NCBI GenBank assembly: GCA_051453625.1
Contig: JBOZIK010000001.1
Location: 19,185,681-19,249,680, forward strand
DNA: 64,000 nucleotides
Source of the DNA: Welwitschia mirabilis
Taxonomy: Eukaryota
Direction: 5' to 3'
The notes under the pieces are model-generated. The model saw nothing but the letters and a program-made list of their open reading frames with translations. It was not told where the DNA came from and did no database searches. How positions within the stretch are numbered: the first letter of the stretch is position 1; the number at the start of each line of letters is the position of its first letter. Of the stretch, positions 24,652 through 38,303 are shown in pieces. Made by a program: the position numbers and the translations under genes.

Positions 24652-25927
24652 TGCTCGCGGTGAATTTAACTATGCTTGTATCTATTGTTAATATATGGTA
24701 ATTCACAAAATTATCCTAGCAATACAAATTTTACATGGTCAAACCCAACTTTTACAAAAAATACAAGGACTTCCATTTGTAGTATAGCCCTAACGTTATT
24801 CTTTCTCAGAGATAGATGACAAAAGCTATTAGTAAAACAGGCACAATAGTAGAGAGTAGTAAAGAGTGAAATGATATTATAGATTTAGGAATAGGACATA
24901 GCATTAAAACTAACATAATAACTTCATTGAAAAGGGTAAGTACTTAAAATGAAAACATTTAGCTTTACTTCCAACTCATTTACAATGATATGATCCATTA
25001 TGACCATGAGTATTTCATTGGTCCAAGTTCAAGAATAATGGCATAATATCATCCATCATAGACATGAAGGTAATATAATAAAGTCACTTAGCCTTCATAA
25101 AAAGAATAAAATAAGTATGAAAAGTAGAAGTCTTCCAAGATTCATTAAATAAACATGCAAGTTATACAAGCTAGAATGTAAAAGAAAATCACCAAATTAG
25201 ATCTTAAGTATAATAAGTATGACATTTACAATTTGATATTAAATTAATGCATCAGGAACATGTAGTACTTTATTATTAGAATAAGTAAAGCATACAATCT
25301 AAAAATGTACTTATGCTAAACAAAAAAGCATCATGCTAGCTTATTAGCTATGCCATCCCTATAAGAGACTTAAAGAGAACTCATGACTAAATCTCCAATC
25401 TCCTTAAAATATCAAAATGAAGTAAATCCCTTCAAATGAAGTAAGGAAGGTTATTTATAGATCTGAATTAAGTTTCCTAAATAGGGTTTCTAAGGTCTAA
25501 TGGGGTTATTCTAAAGAATGCCCAAAGTATATAAAATAATTATTTAGTCATAGGGCCAAATTAAGGCTTTCTTCTTAGAAAATGTTCCTCATTCATCTTT
25601 TGTTTTTGGAAATGATGGAAATGAACTGTTTGCATTAAGCAGACTTAGGAACATAAGATTGGTACAATTTTACTCCAAGAAACTAGTGTTATCATGCCTA
25701 GAACCAGCACCTCTACCAATTATGCTCAACACAGCTTCATCTCCTACCGTAATTCTCCTCATGTCGTACTTATTCTACAAAATAATAGTGTTTAGGCATA
25801 TTGATAGTAAAATAGGATTTTCATGGTCTTAAGTGAAAGAAATGCATAAAATTGTCATGAGAATTAATTTGACTTACTAAGAAAACCTTACTTCCTTAAT
25901 ATAAATATCAAATTTTGAGTGTTATCA
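24652..25927 (-). repeat. 5' LTR of element B
   Basis: Begins tgctcgcgg, ends gtgttatca, and is homologous to 9658-10923. Confidence 0.9.
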
Positions 25928-26849
25928 ACAAGATATTTTAAAAGTTAAGATATGTCAAGAACATAAGTTTCATAAGATTTTAGAATATTTCTTAAGGGAA
26001 ACATAAAGGCTTCACTTAGGTAGGTTGGTGGTGCTAGCATTTCATAGGAATAAAGCACAAGAAGAACATGAGGTAAAAATGAGGAAAAAAAATATATTGA
26101 TGAAACTAACATGTAAATGTGGAAAAGTAACAAAGTTTGGAATATGTAGGATGAAATTCAAAAAATATAAAATGTAGTAAATCATAGGGGAATAAATGTA
26201 ATGCAATGTAGAAATTTAAAAATAATGCAGTATGAAAAGTAAAGATGAAATGCAAAAAGAAAAGTAGAAAGAAGTTAGAATTCTTCAATGTATTCAATGT
26301 CTTCAAAACCTATGAGATGGAGGAAAAGAGAAAAGGGGGAAAAAAGATGAAAATAAGAAATACCTACACAAGTATATTAGCCCTACACAAAAATTAATAT
26401 ATTTATGAAAACATTAAAGCTAAATAACACTTATAGCAAAAGAAAAGAGGATCAATTTGGATACCACAAAAGATGGACTACTCACTAGAGATGTATTTTA
26501 AATGTAAAAGAACCAGAAGAGGACTAGTATAAGAAAAATTAAAAAAAAATGCTAGAAATGTAAATTACTAAAAAGAAAATGTTAAAATAAAAATAACTAA
26601 AAATAAAAAGAAGAATACAAATAAAAGGGCACTATAATGGGACTAGTATAAAAAGAAAGAAACAGAAAAAGGATTAGTTTAGGTTTTACTAAAAGAGAAA
26701 TAGTACCATCTACTAAAAAAAAATAAAAATAAAATAATAAAGAAAAGATCAATGGAAATGGGCTAATATGAAATAAATGAAAAGAACAGAAAGAAAAAGG
26801 AACAAAAATGAAAATCTATGCATGTTCCACTGTAGCTATCATGTCATTA

Positions 26850-26867
26850 TTCCTAGCAATAATGTCA
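26850..26867 (-). promoter_or_regulatory. Degenerate tRNA-Asp PBS of element A
   Basis: ttcctagcaataatgtca differs from the canonical sequence only by transitions; it follows the same ctatgcatgttccact context as element B's PBS. Confidence 0.75.
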
Positions 26868-26873
26868 AAAAAC

Positions 26874-28100
26874 TATTGTAATAAAGTTTTTGCTACAATT
26901 TGTATCAATGTAAATGTTATAAGTATGAGATTCATTCTAAGATATAAATCTAGCTGAAATAAAAACCCAAATTTTACCAATAAAACTAGGAATTTCATTT
27001 GAAGTATAACCCCAGTGTTGTTCTTTCCAGGAGATAAATGCAATAACAAAAGCAGTAAAGCCTTATACAAACCAGATCTATAACTATCATGGAATGATTT
27101 TGTATTGTAAGGTCATAAAGAGGAAATGTGTTATTAACCAAATAGAGTGAGCTAGGGATGAGTCATAACCTCAAGATCTACATGGACATAATAATAATGA
27201 CTAAAATCTTTAATAAAAATAAACATGTTCTATAGTTATTTCAAAAGAAAAATATTAAAAATTCATAAAATCTCAAGCTTGGGTGAAGACTCTAAGTCAC
27301 TTTACCTCTCATATCCTAATTTAAAATCACACAAAGTAGAATATTATTCCCAAATAACATAAAATAATACTAAATCAAAAACTATGATTAACACAAAAGA
27401 TTCACCTATAAATATAGAAATTCTTATGAATGCTCCAATCCTTATTAAGCATTATAAGCATGGAAAATTGCACATCTAAAATTAGGAAATTAGATTGAAA
27501 TAAAATCTAGTTTTAATTACATTAATTGGAACAAGTTTTACATTAAATTAATATTTATATCAAACTAAAAATGTTAGGCTAGATTTAAAAGGCTAACTCC
27601 TCCATAATGCAAAAGCTTAGAAGCTAGACATGTTAAGTGCTCTCACAATAATTTATAAAAATTGATGATGCATCAACCAATCTAAAAGTAAGGGAAATAA
27701 TGCCTTTTATACATGAAATTTAGGATTAAGAAAAGGGTTTCATAAATTTGTGCAGAATTTAGTCTCTTCAAATCTAGTCACCAACAAGCTCAATTAACTT
27801 AATAGCTAAAGATGATTCTAGAATGTAAAAGAGGAGGTGTGTTGTGCAACTTTATTAGTTCCACCATTAGGTATACTGACATCGGTAGTCTCTTGAGGAG
27901 TCAACTCTCTAACTTCTAAAAAAATGCTCCTCAGCCTACTAATAACTTGTAAAATAATAGTGCGAAGGTCAAATATCAATAAATTAGGGTTTAATTAGCA
28001 TTGATAATACTAAATGCATAAGAACATGAAAAAGATAGACTAATCATGCTAAATTAACCTTAGTAATTTAAAATAAATGTTAATTTTTTTTATTTTAACA
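26874..28100 (-). repeat. 5' LTR of element A
   Basis: Follows the PBS and is distantly colinear with B's LTR at both ends (aaacccaa.tttac.aa; taaaataatagtg; terminal ..ttaaca). Confidence 0.7.
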
Positions 28101-28249
28101 ACTTGTATATTCTAATCTTACTTCTCTTCATATCTTTCAAACTTCTCAAAGTGACTATGACCTTTAGAGTTGGAAGAATGTTCATAATTATATGCATGCC
28201 AATTTCATTAAGCATTTTTGTTTTAAAAATAATTAATCTCCTTATAGGT

Positions 28250-31200
28250 AAATAATATTTGGCATGTCTAACTCTCAAAGGACTTTTGGAAGATTTTATT
28301 ATCCTATAATTGAAAGCTTTCTGACTCTTTTTGGTTGGTTACTTATCCATAATGAGCTTCCCCTTAGTGGTAGACTTTATCATTTTGCAAGTTCTATGCC
28401 CATCTATTCTTACTATGGCATAGAAAAGTGTCTTCTCCACATTGTATAGTCTTAGTAGGTAGCTTCTTCTACTTAGGAATGGGATAGTTACTCTTTGGGA
28501 TGGCATTACAATTATAAGATCTTAACTCTTATTAACATTAGTGAGCCTAGTAATGCTTTACAATGATAAAAATTATCTTTAATTCATTGAAGGATTTTAT
28601 TTGAACTATGGAAGTTCTAGAACAAAGGCATTTTCAATAATGATACCTTCAACTCTTTTCCTTCCTCTTTCAAGCATGCTATTGTTCATAGTATCAAGCT
28701 TTAAATTCGATGTGATTTTCCTCCTTTCACTCTAGAACTTCATAAATAGAGCTCTTTACTTATTTGAGATCTTAATTGACTAGAGTTATAATCTTTCTCT
28801 TATTTGTTTGAAATTTGGAAAAGCCTTTTAACGAAAGAAAGTTTAAAGTTACATCATCATCATGCTATTATAATTTAAAAAAAGGATAATAAAACAAACC
28901 TTTAAGAAAAATTATATTATTATTAGGGTTCAAAAGATTTAATGTTAATATTCCTTTGTAATTTTAAATAAAAAATGCATTTTTCCTTCTACTCATTTGA
29001 TAAATTTTTTCATAATGTTTGTAAAGTTAAATATCTAAGTTATCAAATGCACAGGGATAGAATTCTTACCTAGTATTATTTTTATAACTATGAGCTTAAA
29101 ATGTATAAAACTAATAATTTAAGATAATTAAAATGTAATTAATGAGAGGAAAATTTTTCACTTAAAAGTTTTCTATAATGGATAATGAGGCATTACTACG
29201 ACTTCATGCATATTGGAAGAGGGTATGTCGATGTTAAAAAAATGCTTACCATACTTGATTGGAGTAATGAATGGTTTCTAGAATGGAATTCATTTATAGA
29301 AAAAAATGTTTATAGAATTTTAGTGATGAGATGATGGATAATGATATGTAGCCCATTATGATCCTAAGTTATTGCTTTTTATACAATATCCCATTTGAAG
29401 TTTTAATGCATTTTCTTATAACCTCTTAATACCAAACAATTATAATTGTAAATTTTAAGAAAATAATATTATATTATGGTGACCTTAAATTGGGGGAAAA
29501 GAGTTATAAATAACAATTGTGATAGGCTTGTATTAATAATCAAGTTATACATAATATAAAAAATATCATCTTTTATAAGATAATAATGCTACTTATTAAA
29601 TGACATAAGTATTACTTAATATACTCTTATAAATAATTCTTATAGAAGATATTTTTTATTAATTTTCCACCTTATAAATTCATCTTCTTATGGCTCATGT
29701 GGGCGTGGATGAGGGGATATTTACAAGTTTCAAGAAGGAAAGATATTTCAAGACATCTATTTATTAATGGAACTTTTGAAATATTATAGCTTTTGTAAAA
29801 GTGTTACCTTTATACATTTTGTGTTTTCTCTGGAAATTTGAAAATATTAAAACTTATTAACTAGAAGTTTGAAATATTAAAACTTTAGGGAAAAAAATCT
29901 TTAGCACTCATGTTCTTTAAAGCCTTGTTATCTTTTTATACAACACTAGTGTAATCATTTCCATATGTTTTTTTTACTAGATCATTTCAAAGATTCTCAT
30001 GTTATTAATGTGAATTTTATTTTTACATTATAATCTTGATTAATTATTAGTTACATATTAATTAAGTATCTATTAACTATATACACTAATTAATATATTA
30101 ACTATTTACCAATTATATCTATTACTTTAAGTTACATCTTGGCATATTTCTTTCTTGATCTTTTACACTTTTTTGTGATGTTAATGCTTGCATAGCCATA
30201 AACACTGGTGTCTCCATTTTCTTCTACTTAATGTTAGTTTTTTAAGGTTATCCTTTGGCTTCTTTCTTATTCATCATTATAGCAGAATATCTATGCCATA
30301 ATATTCAGAAAGATAACATTCATGATTTAATTCAAGGAATTCAAATGTAATAAAACCAAATGTAGCTTATTATTATGCACTTTTTAGATGATTTTTTTCT
30401 GTTCATTAGGAATAAATTAAATATTTCAATAGATTACTTTTTAGGCTTCAATAATATTATGCTTTTTCAAGCTCTAGCATCAATTGGGATAAATATTTAG
30501 TTTAAAAAACTCATCTTGGCATTTTAATAAATCTTAAAAAATCCTATGTAAAAATGATAATTTCAAAGTTTTAGAGATACCTCTTTCTCGTAGAAATACT
30601 AATTTCTTGTCTTTGAAGGGAGGCGATTAATAAAATTCAAAAAATAATTAATAAGTGAAACATTAAAAAACTCTTCTTTCTATGCAAATTTTTAGTTTAC
30701 AAGAATGTCGTAGTTGCAAAATATGTGTATTACACTTCTTGTGTGGCTTCTTCTAGATTTTATTTTCAAACGATTAGAGCTATCTCTTGAGATTGTATGT
30801 AAACAACTAATAGTAACCATAAAGCATTTAATAAAGTTTCTTAGTAATATCATTCTTTATTTAAACACAATGTTGATTTAAGACTAATTGATATTTGCAA
30901 TCAAGCTCAATCTATGTAAAAAAAATGGATTACTAACATATTTAATAGTGCCAATCCTTTTTTTAGCTATTGCTCAAAGGTCTTATACATTTTTGTCCTA
31001 AGTCTTGATGTTACTAATAAGATAGCTATTAACTAGAGTTTTCTTCAAGTCCTATTAAAATTTCTAAAACACATGATTTCTAAAGCATATGGAGATATTC
31101 ATAAAAAAATTTTCATATTTCAACAAGAATAGAATTATGATATCAAAAGAATGCTTATGATTCATTAGTTCTTAATGGCTTCCAATGTCTCTAGCATTCT

Positions 31201-31490
31201 TAGGAGGGCAAAATCCTTGGTTATCAAAAAGATGATTTACTAATGAAGTTAGTTCTTTGATGGACATTAGAATTTATAATAGCTAGGTTAGTTGGGATGA
31301 TTTTGATGCTTTATATAGATCATCCCCAGAATGCATCAAGTTTTTATTTTAATTACTCAAAGCCTCTAGTGATTTAAATAATCTAAGAAAAGGTCTTTGG
31401 TGGAAGGATGACTAAAATTTAATCCCTTAAAACATAGAAAAATCTTATATCCTCCTTAGTCATAGATTGATATCATTTGATTATACAATA
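28250..31490 (+). mobile_element. Highly decayed L1-clade LINE ORF2 remnant (endonuclease to RT)
   Basis: ELPLSGRLYHF (~28355) resembles the endonuclease ELPLxGRxFTW motif; *GYPLASFLFIIIAEYLCH (30243-30300) matches the RT motif QGDPLSPFLFII; LF.DD-like near 30380; GGRL-like near 30620. Confidence 0.65.
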
Positions 31491-31495
31491 AGAAA

Positions 31496-31563
31496 TTAAA
31501 AACAAAGAACATAGAACACCAATGGCTTCTTAAAAACAAAGAACATAGAACACCAATGGCTTC
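31496..31563. repeat. Perfect 34-bp tandem duplication
   Basis: ttaaaaacaaagaacatagaacaccaatggcttc occurs twice (31496-31529, 31530-31563). Confidence 0.95.
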
Positions 31564-31564
31564 T

Positions 31565-32772
31565 TTAGTCAATCACAAATTTATTGCAAAACACACACAC
31601 ATACTAGTATAGATAAGAGTGAACCCAAATGTCATAATCCATCAAAGGAACTAGGCTCAAAGCTAGAGAATTAATTTTCATGAAGTATGTTTAGTATTTT
31701 TCTTTTAGGTTCAATAATGAAAAGTACAATGCATGAAAATTAAACACACTATGCAATGCAAATGAAGTCTACTCTAAACACAATATCTATCTGACTACCA
31801 AATCTCTATCATCAAGATCATCCCTGCATAACCTAGATCAATCAAGGAAACTGTCACTAACCCTAACCAATCTAGGCTATTAAGTACATCAAACAGAATA
31901 TGGAAAACATGAAATGATTAAGCTAGAAAATATAAAATGCAATGCAATGAAATTTCTAAGCTAACAGTTTCAACCTTGACAAATGTTACCTTTGATGATC
32001 TATATCAACTATGAAACCATCACAAAATAATAACCAACATAAACCATAAGGAACATGCACATGAATAAAACTAAAAGCATATTTTTATTATTCATCGAAT
32101 CAACATCTTATTATAAAGTAAAAGCACCTCAATGAAGGAGAAACAGCCCAATACTAAGGAAGACTCCTCTCTGTAACTAACAGATGGACGTCTTGCCCTT
32201 CGATCTCTTATCATGAGATTTTTAGGTATCAAAGAAGATAAGCTTAAAGTGAGGGTAAAGGAGGTATTTATTACAATAAAAGTACTCTAAAAACAGTAAA
32301 TCTAATAACACAATAAAAACCCTAACAATGCATAGAAGGTGTATAACACATTACACAAGTTAGATAAAGTTTGGTACGTTGATTAAAAATAGTGATCATC
32401 CTATCTGTCATCCAAACAATGGTGGAGACAATGTCATGTCAAGAGAGGTTCCATATTATCTTTCATGTCGGTTCAATCATCATCTTTATCATCATGTAAG
32501 TGGTATTATTCATACTATTGTCTAATGATAAAGGGGACAATAGTCCTTTTCAAGATCTTTATAAGCTAAATCAGCCTTGCAAATCATTAATTTCTCTCTA
32601 GAATGTGAAGTATCAAAAATCATCCAAAATGTGTTTAAATGTGCTAGTAATTGTGCATTTTCATGATTTTCTCCTTAAATCTCAATAATCATTGTTTTCT
32701 ACTTAAACCTGACTAAATGTCCTACAAAACTACTCAAAATACCTCATCAAAAACATATGATTTGGCATTGCA
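31565..32772 (-). repeat. 3' LTR of element D (terminus truncated)
   Basis: Matches 42862-44097 from about tattgcaaaa onward (e.g. caaagctagagaatt; aaggaagactcctctctg.aactaac.gatggac). Confidence 0.88.
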
Positions 32773-33563
32773 ACATAGCCCTCCACTTAGTCTTATCAGT
32801 CCCTAAAAAGTTGATGAATAACTATAATTGTAAGCCAAATTAACTCAAATAATCACTAATTAGGGATATGTAAATCAAGTCCACAAATTTCATTATGTAG
32901 GATCAAATCACATAATTAAATAACTAAATGTTTTATCTTAGCAAATAATGTGACCATGATATCATTCATAATGTTGTCAGAATGATTATGGGGATGATTA
33001 GACTTTTAAAAATAAAACTATAAAATCACATGCCTACAAGTATGCTCACCAGAAAAGAAGATTAGAAATACTTAACAATGCATTAGCCCCCTATTTAAAA
33101 CATTTGACACATTAAAGAAATACAAATTTGAATGTCATAATAAAAAGAATCATCATAAGATGTAATCATAATCACTTAGATAAATGATGTGCATGTATAA
33201 TAAAAAAAAGTAATAACTCAAAAGTGATATTCATAAATTAAACATTAAGGTTTTAAGCACAATCTACAAAGAAAAAAGATATTAAAAACAAATAATTATA
33301 ACATTATTCCCTTCATTCCACATCTCATGAATTTCTTGGAATATCCCCACAAGAAAATAGATTGCAAGTATTCTACTATCAAGTACATGGTTTAGTAAAC
33401 AATATCAATAATGAATATCATTCAAATAATAAGCAATCGGAATTGGATTAGTATACTACAGATATGTATCATGAAATTTTAAAAATGAACTCAAAATTTT
33501 TTTTAGAATTTCAAAATATCTCAAAACATATATCCTACTCTCCTTCAACCACCTAAACCCCTT

Positions 33564-33592
33564 CCCCCCCCACCCCACCCCACCCCACCCCC
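33564..33592 (-). other. G-quadruplex-capable G-run tract
   Basis: The minus strand reads GGGGGTGGGGTGGGGTGGGGTGGGGGGGG. Confidence 0.7.
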
Positions 33593-34874
33593 AAGGTGAT
33601 TAAAATACATCTCATATTGCATTAATGTAAGAGGGAAAAATATGAAAACATAAATAAGTACAAGTAAGCAAAATAGGTGGGACTAGAAATAGTATCTTAT
33701 ACATGAAAAGTAGGGTCTGAAAAAGTTGGAAAAAGATAAAATAGAAAAGTGATGTACCTCAAAAAATATCAATGCATCATCCTGCCTGGTCACCTGGATG
33801 ACAAGGTGGATGACAAGGTTTTCAAAATACTTAGAAAAATTGAAGTTTCAGTAGAATAAGTTAGGATCAAATAGCATCAGGTCGGTTTCAAAAAGTTATC
33901 AAAAAGTTTACAAGATGGAAAATAACTAAGAATAATGATGAATGAGGCATGATAAAGGAGGTGAATTTTGAAAAGAACTTAAGGTAAGAGAAAGAGGTGT
34001 CAGAATATAGTAATAATAATGCACCAAGTTAAAGAAATTGTGAAATACACCATGAACCCACAATCATTGGATATTAAAGACCTAAACCCAAAAAGAAACT
34101 AAAAGAATAGATGGGAAAAATTATCATCATAAACCAAAGAATCATTATTTGCTTAAAATAAAATTAACTCCTATAAAGAAAAACTACAAGTGAAAATAAA
34201 ATTCAATAAGAAAAACTACTAAATGATTAAGTCCTATGTATTTGAGATGAAAAAGTATAGAAATAGCTTTAAAATATTAAATAAAATATCTAAGAAAAAC
34301 AAAACAGATATAGACAATTAGGAACATAAAGAAGATTTGGTGCCTACCCTAAATTCCAATCTAGTAAACTCTCATGAAAGAAATCATAAAACAACCTTAC
34401 TAATGATGCATGACATAATACAAAAACTTTATAAAGTACCACTCGAATAGGTAGTGATTATAATGATGCTAAGTAACTAATGTTTTCAAATAATGAATGA
34501 TAAGATCAAAAGCTACTAAAAAATGGACTCACCTTCTAACACTCCAAAACACACCTAAATCTATAAAAGTGAAATGATTATGTGAGAATACTGTAAGCTC
34601 ATTACGTCTAGAAAATAAGTAATGCCTCTGATAATATTAGGAACACCACTAATCCCATAGCCTTGAAGTATTTATTATTATTCCATGATGGCGGAAGTAC
34701 AACCACAATCAGAGAAGTAAGAACCCATGAAGCATGGCCAACTCATCCCCCAGTGGAGTTCCCATAGCTACCAACACTACGAAAGGTCCTTCTTAGGAAA
34801 ATTTACCCTGGTGTGATAGGACATAATGTGACCATGTATTTAGCATAGAAATAATGGATCATGGCCATTATTCT

Positions 34875-34875
<1 letters not shown>

Positions 34876-34927
<52 letters not shown>

Positions 34928-34934
34928 CTATATG
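34876..34934. repeat. Compound (TC)n(TA)n microsatellite next to an N gap
   Basis: Read directly from the sequence. Confidence 0.95.
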
Positions 34935-35099
34935 TNNNNNNNNNNNNNNNNNNNNNNNNNNNNNNNNNNNNNNNNNNNNNNNNNNNNNNNNNNNNNNNNN
35001 NNNNNNNNNNNNNNNNNNNNNNNNNNNNNNNNNNNAGTACCTATATATTAATTTCTTGTAAATAGTAAGCTGAAGTATAAATGTACATAAGGCACTACT

Positions 35100-35880
35100 T
35101 GCCCATGGGTTCTAGTAACCCCAACCATTAAAACATGACTAAGAGAAGGCATGGATATCATAGCGTCTACAACCATCATGCCTTAATCATAGACCTATGT
35201 CTTCTTCATATAAAAGTAGGTAAGTCCATCTTCTCATCCTACTTGAATGCTATCAATATCTGAAGATGGGCCACCATAGCATAACTATCATGAAAATATA
35301 AAGTGTTGTTATGAATCAGCCCTCTATGCAAAATCATGTAGGCAGGGGTCAACTATGTCACTAGAGCAACCTGCCTATCTAGAATCAAATCTATCGGAAT
35401 ATCTAATACTATACCATATGTGCATCACGCCTTTATTCCACAAGTATAATGTATGTAAAGATTGCCAATACCACCTAGATCTATCACACCTGTAATGTCA
35501 TTTGGGAGTACTATTATCTTGTGGTCCCAAATCAAAGCTACAATCATATCTACTAAGTATGCATTAGAATCAAGGTATCACCCAATGTGCATAGTATCAT
35601 AAAATTACCAAGTCTCTAAAACATAATAATCCTTATTTGAATCTAAGATCCATTAGAGCTATAAATTAGTGAGCCTTTGATTAACCTATAGCTTCAACTA
35701 GCTTACAAAATCTTTAAAATGTCTCTGGACATTAATAGTAGCAGTTTGATTAGTAAGTGATCTTCTGTGTCAAGGCAGGGGATTCATAGGCTTTATGTCC
35801 TCTACCTCTGGCAGTAGTAATGGGTCTACCTTATACTCAATGGCTTCAACTTTATACTCAACCTATTTAGCTCTACATAT
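35100..35880 (-). pseudogene. Decayed env-like (Transposase_32-like) ORF remnant of element D
   Basis: Minus-strand fragments KIIVLPNDITGVIDL, LTPAYMILHR.IHNNTL and HLQILIAFK*DEKMDLPTFI; frameshifted. Confidence 0.5.
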
Positions 35881-38030
35881 GCAGATCTACTAAATTAAAA
35901 ATACACAATAAATCATGCAAGATCTAATGGACATAGTTAAATACATCACATGGATGCTTAAAACGTCTCAAAAAATTGATTAAAAATGTAAAACATTATG
36001 AAAATATGTTTCAACCCCCTTAAAAATGCTAATATGTCTAGCATTACCTAGTCATGTAAAAAAAAAAAATCAAAACATGCAAAAACTGTAAAAACTATGT
36101 TTTAGATGGGCCCCACATAAGGTAAAAAATTAAAGAGCTCAAATGAAAAACCCAATCTACTAAAAATGTAGAACACATTGAATTGATGAATTTACCCTAA
36201 AGGTCTACTAAATTTTGACTTACAATTTTTGAGAGATTAAATGTAAAATGTAAAAACCTAATTTCATCTTATAAACCACACAAATTAATATATCTTTCAA
36301 AATACAGGGAAAAAATTAGATCTATAGGTTTTTAATCAAATAGAGTGAAAAACTAAATAACACACATGAAAACTACTCATCAAAAGGCTAATAAATAAGA
36401 GAAAAAATTAAAAAAGATTAGGGAGGGAAAAAAACATATCTCATTTTTGATAAATAACAAAAATCTAGAAATTCAATAATCGAATCTTGCTGGTATAAGT
36501 TCCAGCATGATAGCAAGGACTAGGAAAACTATCATCTCTAAAAGAAGTAGTAAAAAATGATAAATAAATGAAGAAAATAAGGAAAAATAGTTTATCCTAT
36601 AGTTTTCTTACATTGTCATCCAATCGCATTATCTAGATGATAGCCCTAGGATGATTCTCAGAAAAAATCTTACTGTCATCCACCCACGTCATCTAGATGA
36701 GAAAGTGGATGGTGGAACTTTAAAAATTTTCTCAAATATTAAGATGTAAGCTAAGTACACTAGTCTTAGATATTATCATGAAGGTTATAGAATTAATGAG
36801 AAAGCTTGGAAATAGAATAAATGATAAAAAATCGTGATAAAATAGGATGAGGAGGAACACTCAAAACAAATGAGAAATAGAGTTGATAGAAATATACTAA
36901 CTAGGCTAAAACCTAATAAGAATATTGAATAAATGTTTTCAAATTAATCAAATAAATAATACAAAGTATAGAACTCCAAAAAATATAAGGAATCTCATAA
37001 AATCTATAAAACATAAAAGATTATCTATTTAATTATAAAGCTAAAAGAAAATAATATGTTAGGAATAATAATACGGAAACTACAAAATGATAAGGTCCTA
37101 TGTAAAGATAAAAAAGTATAAAAAAAACTTTAAAATGGCAAACTAAAAAACCAAAGAAAAGAAGAATAAAAGTGGATACAAGAAACATGAATAAGATTGC
37201 TGACCTATCCTAAATTCTAACATAGAAAAACCCCGTGAAAGATATTATGAAGACATCTAAGTAAAAATGCATGATAAATGTATCTACTCCATAAAGTTCT
37301 ACTAAAAAAAGAGAGATTATGATGATATCAAAGATCAAGTGCTTAGAAAAATGAATGCTAAGATCAAAAGCTACTTAGAAATGAACTCACCTACTTACAT
37401 TTTAAAACATACCTGAATTCTCAAAAGTGAAATTATCATATGGGAATACTAAGAGTTTAGGAAATAAGCAATGCCTCTGATGATATCAAGAACACCACTG
37501 ATCCCATAGCCTTAAAGTTTATTACAAATTTTCCATGATGAAGGGATTGCAACCATAGTTAGAGAAGTAAGGACTCATAGAGCACGATCAACTAACCCCC
37601 TCAAGTTCTCATAACTACAAACATTACCAAAGGTTCTTTTTAAAAAATTTTACCCTAGTGTAGTAGGACATCATGATGACCATGTATTTTTTTAAAGCAT
37701 AATTAAAATAAATCATGATCATTATTTTCTCTCTTTTTTTGATAATGAATTTTTTTCTAAACAATTCCCACATGATCACACACTTAAAAAGACAAAGGTG
37801 AATAAGTGAGATGCAAGACAGAAAAGAATACTCCCAAAAAATGAAAGACCTCATACCATTGGAAAAAAACATAAGAACTAGGGCATCTTTCTTTAAAGTA
37901 AAGTTCATAGATATGGAAATGTCTTAAAATTGGATAAATCAAATCTTATGACTATAAAATGAATAAGTATGAATACTAGTCATAGAAACTTTATAAAGTA
38001 ATACATGAGTTAATTTAAAAGATGATCAAG

Positions 38031-38220
38031 TACTATTAGAAATGTATGCTTTTAAGGCATGTATTAAAATAAATGACTTAAGTATAAATATTTTTTAAGG
38101 TATCTATTAAAATAAACGCTTTAAATAGAGCTAAGGTGTTTATTTTAATAAATGCCTTAAAATATATATATATCTTTTTAAGGATATTAAACTAACAAAT
38201 GCCTTAAAAAACACCTATCT
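38031..38220 (+). mobile_element. Probable CACTA transposon end fragment
   Basis: Starts tactattagaaa (CACTACTAGAAA after C>T), followed by subterminal-type repeats ttaagg(c/t)r and aaa(t/c)gc(c/t)ttaaa in both orientations. Confidence 0.5.
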
Positions 38221-38249
38221 CATTTTATAAAAAAATTTAAAATAAATGC

Positions 38250-38252
<3 letters not shown>

Positions 38253-38301
<49 letters not shown>
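38253..38301. repeat. (TA)n microsatellite
   Basis: Read directly from the sequence. Confidence 0.95.

Positions 38302-38303
<2 letters not shown>

Larger units (their letters stand above)
9658..25927 (-). mobile_element. Element B: two-LTR Athila-clade element (gag-protease plus env-like ORF, no RT/RH/INT) containing nested copia element C
   Basis: Homologous LTRs at 9658-10923 and 24652-25927, both ending gagtgttatca; TSD gcaag (9653-9657) / acaag (25928-25932); PBS 24628-24645; PPT region 10924-10937. Confidence 0.9.
4740..28100 (-). mobile_element. Element A: 3'-truncated Athila-clade element lacking RT/RH/INT, interrupted by element B (9658-25927)
   Basis: 5' LTR 26874-28100, PBS 26850-26867, leader 25933-26849 continuing at 9657, gag-protease ~9630-6500, and an env-like ORF start at 5076 truncated near 4740. 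No 3' LTR is seen. Confidence 0.75.
34215..37705. repeat. Internal direct repeat of element D (~34215-34865 and ~37078-37705) flanking the env-like remnant
   Basis: Shared blocks include taagatcaaaagctact, aatgcctctgat, gaacaccact.atcccatagcctt and tttaccct.gtgt..taggacat. Confidence 0.85.

Noticed and set aside
34765..34825. Twister ribozyme (caacact..gaaaggtcc)
   Set aside because: No UAA loop, P4 stem or GAGGG pseudoknot partner could be assigned; kept only as a generic structured-RNA candidate.
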